A stretch of DNA of 64,000 nucleotides, taken from an uncultured Nitrospinota bacterium (GTDB lineage: Bacteria > Tectomicrobia > Entotheonellia > J063 > CAVPRW01). Location: positions 352,001 through 416,000 of the forward strand of contig CAVPRW010000031.1 of NCBI GenBank assembly GCA_963707985.1, written 5' to 3'. Within the stretch, counting starts at the first letter, position 1, and every line of letters begins with the position of its first letter. The position numbers were made by a program, and so were the translations under genes. Below, piece by piece: positions 55,688 to 64,000 of the stretch. The notes below the pieces were generated by a model. That model made no database searches and had not been told where the DNA came from. It saw nothing but the letters and a program-made list of their open reading frames with translations.

Positions 55688-56758
55688 TCACGCCGCCTCT
55701 CGATGGTAGTAGCTCAGCAACCCACCGAGGCGCTCTCGACGCACCACCAACCCACATTGCTTCTCCATACCGGACTCTGGGACAATGAGCTGGTTCCCAA
55801 GACCTTGATGATTTCTCTCATGATGGTAATGGGTCCGGTACGATTGGATCACCGTGCGGAGCGCCGCTTCTCCGATCACGATCATCTGCTTGAGCGCTTC
55901 CTCTTTGATCGAGCGCACGAATCGTTCGCAATAGGCGTTGAGGTTCGGACTCCGTGGCGGCTAAACGATCGGTTCAACGCTGCTGGCACTCAGCGTACGG
56001 TCGAAGCCATGCCGAACTTTCTCGTCCCGATCGTGGAGCAGGTACCGTTTCTCGAAGAGGAAACCTTCAAAGGGATCCGTCAACTGCCGGGCGCACTGCG
56101 TCATAAAGGCATCAGTCAGATGCGGGGTAATGCCCGCGACATGCACCCGCCGCGTGCTGAGCTCCATCACCACCAACACATAGTACGTCACCAGCCCATG
56201 CCAGGTCGCCACTTCCACCGTGAAAAAGTCCGTGGCGGCTAGGACGTCCCAGTGTATCTTCAGAAACTGTTGCCAGCTCATGCCAGCCTTGCGCCGCTGC
56301 GGAGCGGGCTCCAGGTGGTGACGACGCAGAATGTTCCGCACCGTGATCTTGTCGATACGATGTCCCAGGTTCGCCAAAGCCCCTTGGATGCGGCGATAGC
56401 CCCAGGTCGGATTCTCTTTGGCCATGCGCACAATCAGCCGCTCCGCTTCCTCGGCGATGCGAGGTCGGCCACATTGGCGACGTTGCTGGCTCCCGTCGAA
56501 CTTTTGCCCGATCAGACGCGTGTACCAGCGCAGGAGGGTCTCGGGGGTCGCGATCGTCGCGACCTCTTGCAGGCGTGTGCGACCAAGGGGGTGGGCCAAC
56601 ATCCCAAGGCGGCGACGTTCCGTGTCCGTGAGGCGGAGCCGGCGGCCACTAAGTTGGGCTTTCAGGACGCGGTTTTCCGCAAGGAGGTACGTGATGACCT
56701 CTTGCTGCTGACGTTGGAGCCAGCCAGCGACCATGGCGATCAGGACGTGGAGGATCAT
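55688..56758 (-). pseudogene. Integrase-core (rve) transposase with in-frame stop at 55961
   Basis: NPTWGYRRIQGAL, DFFTVE, LHDRD, PNLNAYCERF, RLGGLLSYY. Confidence 0.85.
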
Positions 56759-57205
56759 GGCCGTTCCTCAGGTTGGAGGCATGACGAGATGGTTCGGTCC
56801 AGTATACACCCAACCTGAGCAACCTCAATGAGGTAGAGACAGCAGAGATTTTCAACCATACGGGTTCCATGGACCCGACGGCCGAGTTTGCCCAACTTGG
56901 CCCAAACCCAACACTCATGACGGTTTTGTCAACTTGTTGACTGTGCTTCCTGACCCATGACATAATGACCTGGCGTTGACCCTCCATGACCAATCGACCC
57001 CCAGGATAGGCAGCCAGGCATGACCCCACCCGCAGACACCGAGCGTGACAACAACCACCTGTGGCTCCCGAAAATTCATGACACTCGAAAATCATTGACT
57101 TTTCCTGCATCTGCCGTCAATCTGGGTGGTAGTGTTGTGCCTCTCAAGCTCTGTGGGGAGCACCCGTGGAAACCTTGCCAATCGTCACGGATGAGGTCAT
57201 CTACG

Positions 57206-58234
57206 ATGCCACCGGTCATATGTGCGCTGCTCGCGTGTCTCGCCGCGTGCTTTCGGTCCCGCCGCTCCATACAACTGGAAATCCTGGCCCTGCGGCATCA
57301 GCTGGCGGTCTACCAGCGATCAGTACCCAGGCCACGCATCCAGCCGGCGGATCGGCTGCTCTGGGCCTGGCTCGCCCGCGTGTGGCCAGGGTGGCAAACC
57401 GCGCTCGCCTTCGTCCAGCCTCGCACCGTCATTACGTGGCAGCGCACACGCATTCAGGACTATTGGCGACGGTTGAGTCAAGGCGGCAGGCCAGGCCGGC
57501 CGGCAGTGGCTAAGGACCTCCAGGACTTGATTCGCCGGATGTCGCAGGCCAATTCGAGGTGGGGTTCCCCCCGGATGATGGGCGAACTCCGGAAACTCGG
57601 CATTGACGTGGCAAAGTCCACGGTCGAAACGTATCGTGTCCGACCACGGAAGCCCTCATCACCGACATGGCAGACCTTCCTGAAGAACCATGTGCAAGAC
57701 TTGGTATCGCTCGATTTCTTCACCGTCCCTACTGTGGCGCACAAGGTCTTGTTTGTGCTGCTGATCCTGGCCCACAACCGCCGACGGCTCGTGCACTTCA
57801 ACATCACCGAGCATCCCACGGTGCAGTGGACCGCTCAGCAGGTGGTTGAAGCCTTCCCCTGGGGCGAAGCTCCACACTATCTGCTGCGCGATCGCGACAA
57901 CATCTATGGCGCCCATTTTCGGCCGCGCGTCCGGCATATGGGAATCGAGGAGGTCGGGATTGCCCTGCGCTCGCCGTGGCAGAATCCGTACGTGGAACGG
58001 CTGATAGGCAGCATCCGTCGGGAGGTGCTCGATCACGTCATCGTGCTGCACGAGCCGCATCTGAGGCGCATTCTGACCGATTACTTCCAGTATTACCATC
58101 GTTTCCGTACTCATTTGTCGTTAGCTATGGACTGCCCAGAGCCACGGCCAGTTCACCCTCCTGCCCGCGGTAAGGTCGTCGCGGTGCCCGAGGTGGGGGG
58201 ACTCCATCATCACTACGAACGCCGCGCGGCCTGA
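57206..58234 (+). CDS. Integrase-core (rve) transposase
   Basis: EILALRHQL, WGSPR, DFFTVPT, LRDRD, SPWQNPYVERLIGSIRRE, GGLHHHY. Confidence 0.9.
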   Translation: MPPVICALLACLAACFRSRRSIQLEILALRHQLAVYQRSVPRPRIQPADRLLWAWLARVWPGWQTALAFVQPRTVITWQRTRIQDYWRRLSQGGRPGRPAVAKDLQDLIRRMSQANSRWGSPRMMGELRKLGIDVAKSTVETYRVRPRKPSSPTWQTFLKNHVQDLVSLDFFTVPTVAHKVLFVLLILAHNRRRLVHFNITEHPTVQWTAQQVVEAFPWGEAPHYLLRDRDNIYGAHFRPRVRHMGIEEVGIALRSPWQNPYVERLIGSIRREVLDHVIVLHEPHLRRILTDYFQYYHRFRTHLSLAMDCPEPRPVHPPARGKVVAVPEVGGLHHHYERRAA

Positions 58235-58377
58235 AAAGGCATCCTCTTAATCTATTGATCCATAAGCGTGACAGATATTCAGGGACGTGTGCGAGAACCA
58301 CAGGTGTCATGCGAAAGCCGTGTTGCTACGGGTGCGAAGTCGGAAATGAACCGTTGCCCAAGCATGAGGTGTAGCCT

Positions 58378-58593
58378 ATGAAAACGATTATCCAGATGTC
58401 AGAGGCTGAGGAGGCCAAGGCGTTACCCCTGCTCTTACGTCATTCCCCAGGGACCGTGTTGCCGAATCGCATCTACGTGGTCAGTGAGGAAGTGGTGAAA
58501 CAGCTGCGGGAAGCGGGCGTACAGTTCACCGAATTGAGCCGGGAGTCCAACGCTCCAACCCTGGAGGGAGTCGGCTCTGGTGAAAGAATATGA
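58378..58593 (+). CDS. Small hypothetical protein (71 aa)
   Basis: GAGGT SD before ATG, coding-like composition, overlaps the next gene by 14 nt. Confidence 0.65.
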   Translation: MKTIIQMSEAEEAKALPLLLRHSPGTVLPNRIYVVSEEVVKQLREAGVQFTELSRESNAPTLEGVGSGERI

Positions 58594-58888
58594 TCTCTTT
58601 GTTCCGCTGTATTACAACGACGGCAGACCGGTTGAACCGCAGCAGTTTCAAGCTTTGCAGCAGCAGCTTCTCGGTCAGTTTGGCGGCCTCACCTTCTTTC
58701 CCCAACCCAATGAAGGCTTCTGGACGGTGGCAGGCGTCACCTATCGTGATGCCATCGTTATCTACCGCGTGCTGACGTCCGACGCGCAGGAAGCGCGACA
58801 GTTCTTGTCTGCTCTCAAAGAACGACTGAAGGAGCAGTTGCAGCAGGAGGAGATTCTCATCGTCGAGCGCGATGTGGAAACGCTGTAA
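58580..58888 (+). CDS. Hypothetical protein (102 aa), possibly DUF3574/PII-like alpha-beta fold
   Basis: YDLFVPLYYNDG...FGGLT...GFW...YRD...QQEEILI. GGAG SD. Confidence 0.7.
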   Translation: MKEYDLFVPLYYNDGRPVEPQQFQALQQQLLGQFGGLTFFPQPNEGFWTVAGVTYRDAIVIYRVLTSDAQEARQFLSALKERLKEQLQQEEILIVERDVETL

Positions 58889-59356
58889 CGACTGTTGTTT
58901 TTCTGAGTTACGAATTCTCGGGAACCACAGGGCCTCGGACCACGTCATCTGATGCCCCACCTCCGTCCGGGAGATCGACGGATGGCCTCGGCGCTCACAC
59001 GCTTGCCGCCAGAGAAGTTGGAGCATGGCTTCAATGGGTGTCTTCAGAGGCATGTGCACGCTTCTCCTGCCTTTGCATAGGCTGACAACGTAAAGCCGCT
59101 TAGAAACTTCAACATGGGTCACGTCAGGACGTACCGTTGTCACCCCTGTATCCTCTACGATTCGAAGACTCACATCACCTCACTGGCCACAACGTCCGGC
59201 GCCTATAGCTTCATCGATCTGCTCCTTCACGGCCCACAAGTCGAAGGAGTCCGACTTCTGCATCGGCAGGAACGCGATGGCCGTTCGAATCGTCGCTGGC
59301 ACTCGATCTCTCCTCCTCGGTGTGCCGGCCATGCCACGCACGCCATGCCCCCCGAT

Positions 59357-60166
59357 CTACTTGGGGAAGAGAAACTGCAGCTGGAAGCGCAGCTGCCAGT
59401 CGGCCGCCAACTGGGGCCGCTCCACGTTGTAGAAGGCCTGCAGCTGGGTATTGATCGGCAGCTTGTCCAGCTTGAACAGCTTCCCCACACCCCCACCCAC
59501 CGGCACGGTCCACTTATCGCCACTGCTGGCCTCCCAGTTCGCCGTGATGATGGGGGCGCTCACCAGGTACAAGCCGTCCGGCAGGTTGTAATTGACGAAC
59601 GGCTGGATCAGCATGGCGCTCACATCCTGGTCGCCCCAGCCGGCGAACGACCACTGCTGGTTGGCGAGCGCGCCGAAGACCCAGGGGCCTTGCATGCTCA
59701 GCGCCACGGCCGCCGGCCCCATGCTCCACTGGCTCGTGCCCAGCCGCGAGTCGGTCGCCGTCGGCAGGGTGAACGTCGGCCCCACGCCCCAGATGAGCTT
59801 GCCGGGCTTCGCCGGGGACAGGAAGAACGTAGGATTGAGGTCCCCCAGCCCGAAGGCGCTGTCGTCGCCCGGAAACAGCGACGGCTGGTTGATGATGGGC
59901 ATGATGGTCCGGGTGATGAGATTCCAATCCTCGGTCAGCTTGAGCGGGATCACCGGCTGCACGTTGAGGACGTAGATCGTCGCGTCGTTCGGGCCGGCGC
60001 TGAAGTTGAAGTTATTCTGAAACGGCACGCTGATCAGGTCGGCCACTGGGTTCTGCGTTTTCTTCGCCAATTCCGACGCGCTCTCTTCCGCCGCCCACAG
60101 CGGCGCTGTCATCAACACCGTGATCAGACACCACACGGGCACAGTGATGCTCGTGGTCACGCGCAT
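59357..60166 (-). CDS. Putative outer-membrane beta-barrel typical of sulfatase clusters
   Basis: Signal peptide, LAKKTQNPVADLISVP, QPVIP, GLGD, WTVPVGGG, FLFPK. Confidence 0.8.
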   Translation of the reverse strand: MRVTTSITVPVWCLITVLMTAPLWAAEESASELAKKTQNPVADLISVPFQNNFNFSAGPNDATIYVLNVQPVIPLKLTEDWNLITRTIMPIINQPSLFPGDDSAFGLGDLNPTFFLSPAKPGKLIWGVGPTFTLPTATDSRLGTSQWSMGPAAVALSMQGPWVFGALANQQWSFAGWGDQDVSAMLIQPFVNYNLPDGLYLVSAPIITANWEASSGDKWTVPVGGGVGKLFKLDKLPINTQLQAFYNVERPQLAADWQLRFQLQFLFPK

Positions 60167-60319
60167 GGGTTTCCTCCCTGCTGCTGCGCTGGGTAAGCTG
60201 GCTGCTCCTGCTTCTCCTCCCGCCATTCCCTGGCCCGTCTCATTCCGCCGAAGAGGGCGCCCACGCCGGCCCCTGGCCGAGCGGCGGCAGCGTTCCGTCG
60301 TACTGGGAGTAATCGCTGA

Positions 60320-60352
60320 CCCCCATCGCGGGGCGGGCGCCCCACGATGGGG
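60320..60352. terminator. GC-rich hairpin between the sulfatase and beta-barrel genes
   Basis: ccccatcgcggggcg...cgccccacgatgggg. No clear U-tract. Confidence 0.35.
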
Positions 60353-60387
60353 CGCCCGCGAGGTCACATCAGGCTCGTCTCAAGAGC

Positions 60388-62514
60388 CTAGTCGCTCGCG
60401 TGAGCACCCTTCTTCATCTGATCCAGGATCCCAGTGAGGTTGTAGGTCTCGGGAGCCTGCAGCGGCGGGTAGGTCTCGTACGACATCAAGTGCTTCTCCC
60501 ACAGCTGCTGGCCGATGGGAAGCATGTTCCAGTCATACTGAAAGGCGGTCATAGGGGCGCCGAGCGCACCGCCCAGGCTCATGGCCGACTTCTGGTCGAT
60601 GCCCACAAACTGCTCGAAGGGATCGCGCTTGATGTTCTGGACCAACGTGAAGTGAAACGGCACGAGTGGCATGATCCAGCCGGCCGGTCCGGGCTGCGAC
60701 ATGTTGTAGTACATCTTCCAGTTCTTGTAGCGCACCGCCGACGGCGTCGAGCCCGAGAAGTAGAAGAAGTAGTCGCGCGCCGAGGTCGGGGACTTGCCCT
60801 CGAGGTAGTCACGCTGGTTGACACCGTCAAGGGTCGTCTTGACGATGCCGGGATACTTTCCAGCCTCGATCTGCTGCTTCAACCCATCCCCTTTGGGCCC
60901 ACCGGCGATGTCCACCAGCGTGGGCACCCAGTCGAGGGCGGCGAACAACTGGTTATGCACCGTACCCGGCTTGATGACCCCCGGCCAGCGGATGACCATC
61001 GGGGCGCGGTAGCCGCCCTCCCAGGCCTCGCCTTTCTGGCCTTTGAACGGCGTGACGCCCCCGTCCGGAAAGCTGATCGACTCGGCGCCGTTGTCGGTGG
61101 TGAAGACGACGATGGTGTTATCCAGCTGGCCCATGGCCTCCAGCTTCTTCAACACGTCGCCGATGTTGTCGTCCATCTGCTTCATGCCGGCTTCGTTGAC
61201 ACCCCAGTCCTTGCCGCCCCGCACGCCCAGCATAGCTTCATACTTTGGCGACAGCATGGTCACGACGTGCATGCGCGCCGGGTTGTACCAGACGAAGAAG
61301 GGCTTGCCGGTATTCTTGGGGTCGTTGCGGTCCAGGAAGTCGATGACCTTGGCCGAGATCTCCTCGTCCACCGTCCTCGAGCGGTCCAGCGTCAGCGGGC
61401 CCTCGTCCTTGCACGTCTGATTCGCTTCCGTGCCGTCGGAGGACTTGCACCAGATGACCGGGCGCGGGGGTGTCAGGCAGATTGTCGTCTTGGGGTCCAC
61501 GGCGCCGGGGACCTCGGGAAGGCCGGGGACCGGCGTGTTCTTGCACGGTGGCGCGACGGCCTGCTCGGTCGGGGTCTTGTTGATGTCTGGGAAGCTCACC
61601 TGCTGTACCGCGTCCAGGTGGTAGAGGTAGCCCCAGTACTCCTGGAAGCCGTGCGCCGTCGGCAGGGCCGCGGTGTGGTCGCCCAGGTGGTTCTTGCCGA
61701 ACTCGCCGGTGGTATAGCCGAGATCGATCAGGAACTTGGCGAGCGCCGGCGTGCCGGGTCGCAGGTAGGACGGGCTGCCGGGCAGCTGCGGCGGGATCAT
61801 GCCGGTGCGCAGCGGATACATGCCGGTGAAGAAGGCATTGCGCCCGGACGTGCAGCTCTGCATGGCGACGTAGTCGACGAACATCGCGCCCTCATGGCCG
61901 ATGCGGTCGATGTTGGGCGTTTCCCCGACCATCAGGCCGCGGTGGTAGATGCTCGGCTGCATCCAGCCGATGTCGTCGCCCATGATGAACAGGATGTTGG
62001 GCTTTGCATCGAGCCTGATCAGCGCCACGCGACGGTTGAGCGCCCGGCCTTCCGGCGTGTCATTGCTGGCGACGGGCTGGTTCTGGCCGGCACCCTGCGT
62101 TTCCAGGCGTGAGTCCTGGATGCCGCGGCCGACCAGCGCCAACTTGACGGCGTTGGCCCGTTGCAGCGACAGCACTTGGTTGCGCGCCGCATCGCCGGTC
62201 GAGTCGGTGTGGCCGACGATGCTCAGCCGCCAAATCGGGAAGTTCTTGAGCATCTGCGCGATGTCGTCGAACAACGGCTCTGTCTCGGGCCGGGTCGTCG
62301 CCTTATCGACGTCGAAATGGATGCCGTAGAGGTCGTAATTGTGCTTGGTCTCAAGCGCCTTCTGCATCGCCTCCCGACCATATTGCTTCTCAAGCTCCTC
62401 CGCCGTCTGCGCCGAGACCGAGGGAGAAAGGAGGAACAGGGAAAGCCCAAGAGAGATGGCCACCGGGCTTGCCCCAAGCAGGCTCAGCCACCGAGATATT
62501 CCTATGCGTAGCAT
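60388..62514 (-). CDS. Arylsulfatase with N-terminal OmpA-like peptidoglycan-binding domain
   Basis: Signal peptide; IHFD, GHTDSTG, LSLQRA, NRRV (OmpA-C); then KPNILFIMGDDIG, SCTSGR, GKNHLG, DNG, KG..WEGG. Confidence 0.92.
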   Translation of the reverse strand: MLRIGISRWLSLLGASPVAISLGLSLFLLSPSVSAQTAEELEKQYGREAMQKALETKHNYDLYGIHFDVDKATTRPETEPLFDDIAQMLKNFPIWRLSIVGHTDSTGDAARNQVLSLQRANAVKLALVGRGIQDSRLETQGAGQNQPVASNDTPEGRALNRRVALIRLDAKPNILFIMGDDIGWMQPSIYHRGLMVGETPNIDRIGHEGAMFVDYVAMQSCTSGRNAFFTGMYPLRTGMIPPQLPGSPSYLRPGTPALAKFLIDLGYTTGEFGKNHLGDHTAALPTAHGFQEYWGYLYHLDAVQQVSFPDINKTPTEQAVAPPCKNTPVPGLPEVPGAVDPKTTICLTPPRPVIWCKSSDGTEANQTCKDEGPLTLDRSRTVDEEISAKVIDFLDRNDPKNTGKPFFVWYNPARMHVVTMLSPKYEAMLGVRGGKDWGVNEAGMKQMDDNIGDVLKKLEAMGQLDNTIVVFTTDNGAESISFPDGGVTPFKGQKGEAWEGGYRAPMVIRWPGVIKPGTVHNQLFAALDWVPTLVDIAGGPKGDGLKQQIEAGKYPGIVKTTLDGVNQRDYLEGKSPTSARDYFFYFSGSTPSAVRYKNWKMYYNMSQPGPAGWIMPLVPFHFTLVQNIKRDPFEQFVGIDQKSAMSLGGALGAPMTAFQYDWNMLPIGQQLWEKHLMSYETYPPLQAPETYNLTGILDQMKKGAHASD

Positions 62515-62809
62515 GGTTCTTTCTCCTTCCACGTATGAGTGATGTGGTCAGATGCTAGCGGGGCGCCTCTTGCGAAGCACTCCGGTGACAAGCTGAACGA
62601 CCTACGACTTGACCATGATGCTCTCGACTTCCTTCTTGGCCAAGTTGCCTATCGGTTGCCTGCATCATGCTAGTGACCCATGTCTACCTCCTTTCTCGCC
62701 TGCTGGTTCACTCCATCATCCGGCGTACCATCAAACAGCAACCGGATGTGCGGTCGGATAACTGTCGTCGATGCACAGGATGTTGGGCTTCTACTCCGCC
62801 ATGCATGCA

Positions 62810-64000
62810 TCAGTTGTTCGGCACCGGGAGGCTCTCCAACTCCTTCAAGCGCTTCAGGGCTTGCATGCGCCTGGAGGGAGTTGTAGTTGATGCCCGCGGC
62901 GTTCAGGCTGCTGCCCTGCTGGAAGGGATATTCCGGCAGGGTCGTGAGGAACTCTTTGAGCTTCTGCTGCACCGGCACGAAGAGCCAGATGTTGTCCGCG
63001 TACCAGCGGATGTACATCCCGGACTCGTGCGGCGCCTTCTCGAACGGGTCGGCCCGCAGGTTGATGATCACCGGCCAGCCGGGCACCTGCCGGACGGCCG
63101 TGGCGATATTGCCTTCGGTGATGGCGAAGTGGACTTTCCAGTCGTTCCAGCGGACGGCGTTCAGCTCGCCGCCCTGGCCGAAGTAGTAGATTTCCTCGCG
63201 CGGGCCTTTGCTGATCTCGCCCTTGAAGTACGGCAGGAAGTTGTAGCCATCGGGATGCACCTTGAAGGTCTTACCGTTGGCCTGGTAACCCTGCTTCAGC
63301 TTGGCGACGATGTTGGGTTCGCCCGCCGCGGCGAGCAACGTGGGCATCCAGTCTTCCTGCGACATGATGTCGTTGATGATGGTCCCCGGCTTGATCACCC
63401 CCGGCCAGCGCACCACGCAGGGCACGCGGAAGCCGCCCTCCCAGGTCGTGCCCTTCTCGCTGTGGTACGGCGTGGTGCCACCGTCCGGCCAGGTCACCGT
63501 CTCGGCGCCGTTGTCGGTGCCGTAGATCACGATGGTGTTGTCGGCGATGCCCATATCGTCGAGCTTCTTGAGCATGTCGCCGACCATCTTGTCGTGCTCC
63601 ACCATGCCGTCGGGGTAGAGACCGATGCCGGTGACCCCCTCCGCCTGCTTGCTCAGGTGCGTCCACACGTGCATGCGCGTGGTGTTGAACCAGACGAAGA
63701 AGGGCGTGTCCGCCTGGTGTGCACGGTCGATGAAGGCGGTCGCCGCGGCAAAGAACTCCTGATCGGCGGTCGGCATCCGCGCCCGGGTCAGCGGGCCGGT
63801 GTCTTCGATCTTCTGCCCGCCCTTGCCGTCACTCCACGTGTGCAGCACGCCGCGCGGCCCGAACTTCTTCCTGAATTCGGGATCCTTCGGGTAGTAGTAG
63901 GTCTCGGGCTCCTCCTCGGCATTGAGGTGGTAGAGATTGCCGAGGAACTCGTCGAACCCGTGCACGGTCGGCAAGTGCTGGTCGCGGTCGCCCAGGTGGT
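62810..64000 (-). CDS. Arylsulfatase, 5' part outside window (frameshift near 62868)
   Basis: HLGD, HGFDEF, TDNG, EKGTTWEGGFRVP, WKVHF, NLRADPFE. Confidence 0.92.

Larger units (their letters stand above)
57059..58930 (+). mobile_element. Putative IS-like element carrying a transposase and two passenger genes
   Basis: 19-bp inverted repeats ctgtggctcccgaaaattc / gaattctcgggaaccacag (17/19). No target duplication seen. Confidence 0.55.

Noticed and set aside
60400..62112. 570-aa + strand ORF and similar long antisense ORFs (e.g. 7077-8174, 10907-12052, 41115-42401, 54088-55239, 59114-60196)
   Set aside because: Shadow ORFs opposite well-supported genes in GC-rich DNA, with no motifs.
1..64000. 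CRISPR array, rRNA or tRNA genes
   Set aside because: No regularly spaced repeats or cloverleaf/rRNA signatures seen by eye; a covariance scan was not possible.

Overview
GC-rich bacterial chromosomal window from a diderm organism (porins, lipoproteins, OmpA domain); taxonomy cannot be fixed from the sequence. (1) 1-6 kb: IS and gene debris, including an IS5 remnant, a 133-bp fold-back MITE, an IS630 remnant and a full-length IS4 with a 10-bp target duplication inside an HNH gene. (2) 6-28 kb: housekeeping block with a spermidine-synthase-like methyltransferase, SDR, YprB-like exonuclease, NrnA, MtaB, PHP, a MaoC pair, MBL hydrolase, amidase, uvrB, a chorismate-mutase-like small gene behind a putative Trp-leader attenuator, etfBA, ctpA, gcvT-H-PA-PB and a LipM-like ligase. 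(3) 28-64 kb: accessory region, mostly minus strand, with beta-barrels, patatin, MscS, two paralogous K+ channels, a beta-propeller/di-heme lipoprotein, a NapC-type pentaheme cytochrome, OprB, CPA2, HdeD and sulfatases. It also holds an RT-less group II intron, a Tn3-type MITE, integrase-core elements and several toxin-antitoxin-like pairs. The 3' end of the lipM-like gene is duplicated 23 kb apart and brackets part of this region. Many single-base frameshifts occur even in core genes (uvrB, gcvT, ctpA), most likely sequencing indels. No rRNA, tRNA or CRISPR array was seen. Best candidates for undescribed systems: a double-uORF Trp attenuator controlling a degenerate chorismate-mutase-like protein, a stand-alone colicin-D-like tRNase with a non-canonical partner, and an uncharacterised two-gene module inside an IS-like element.
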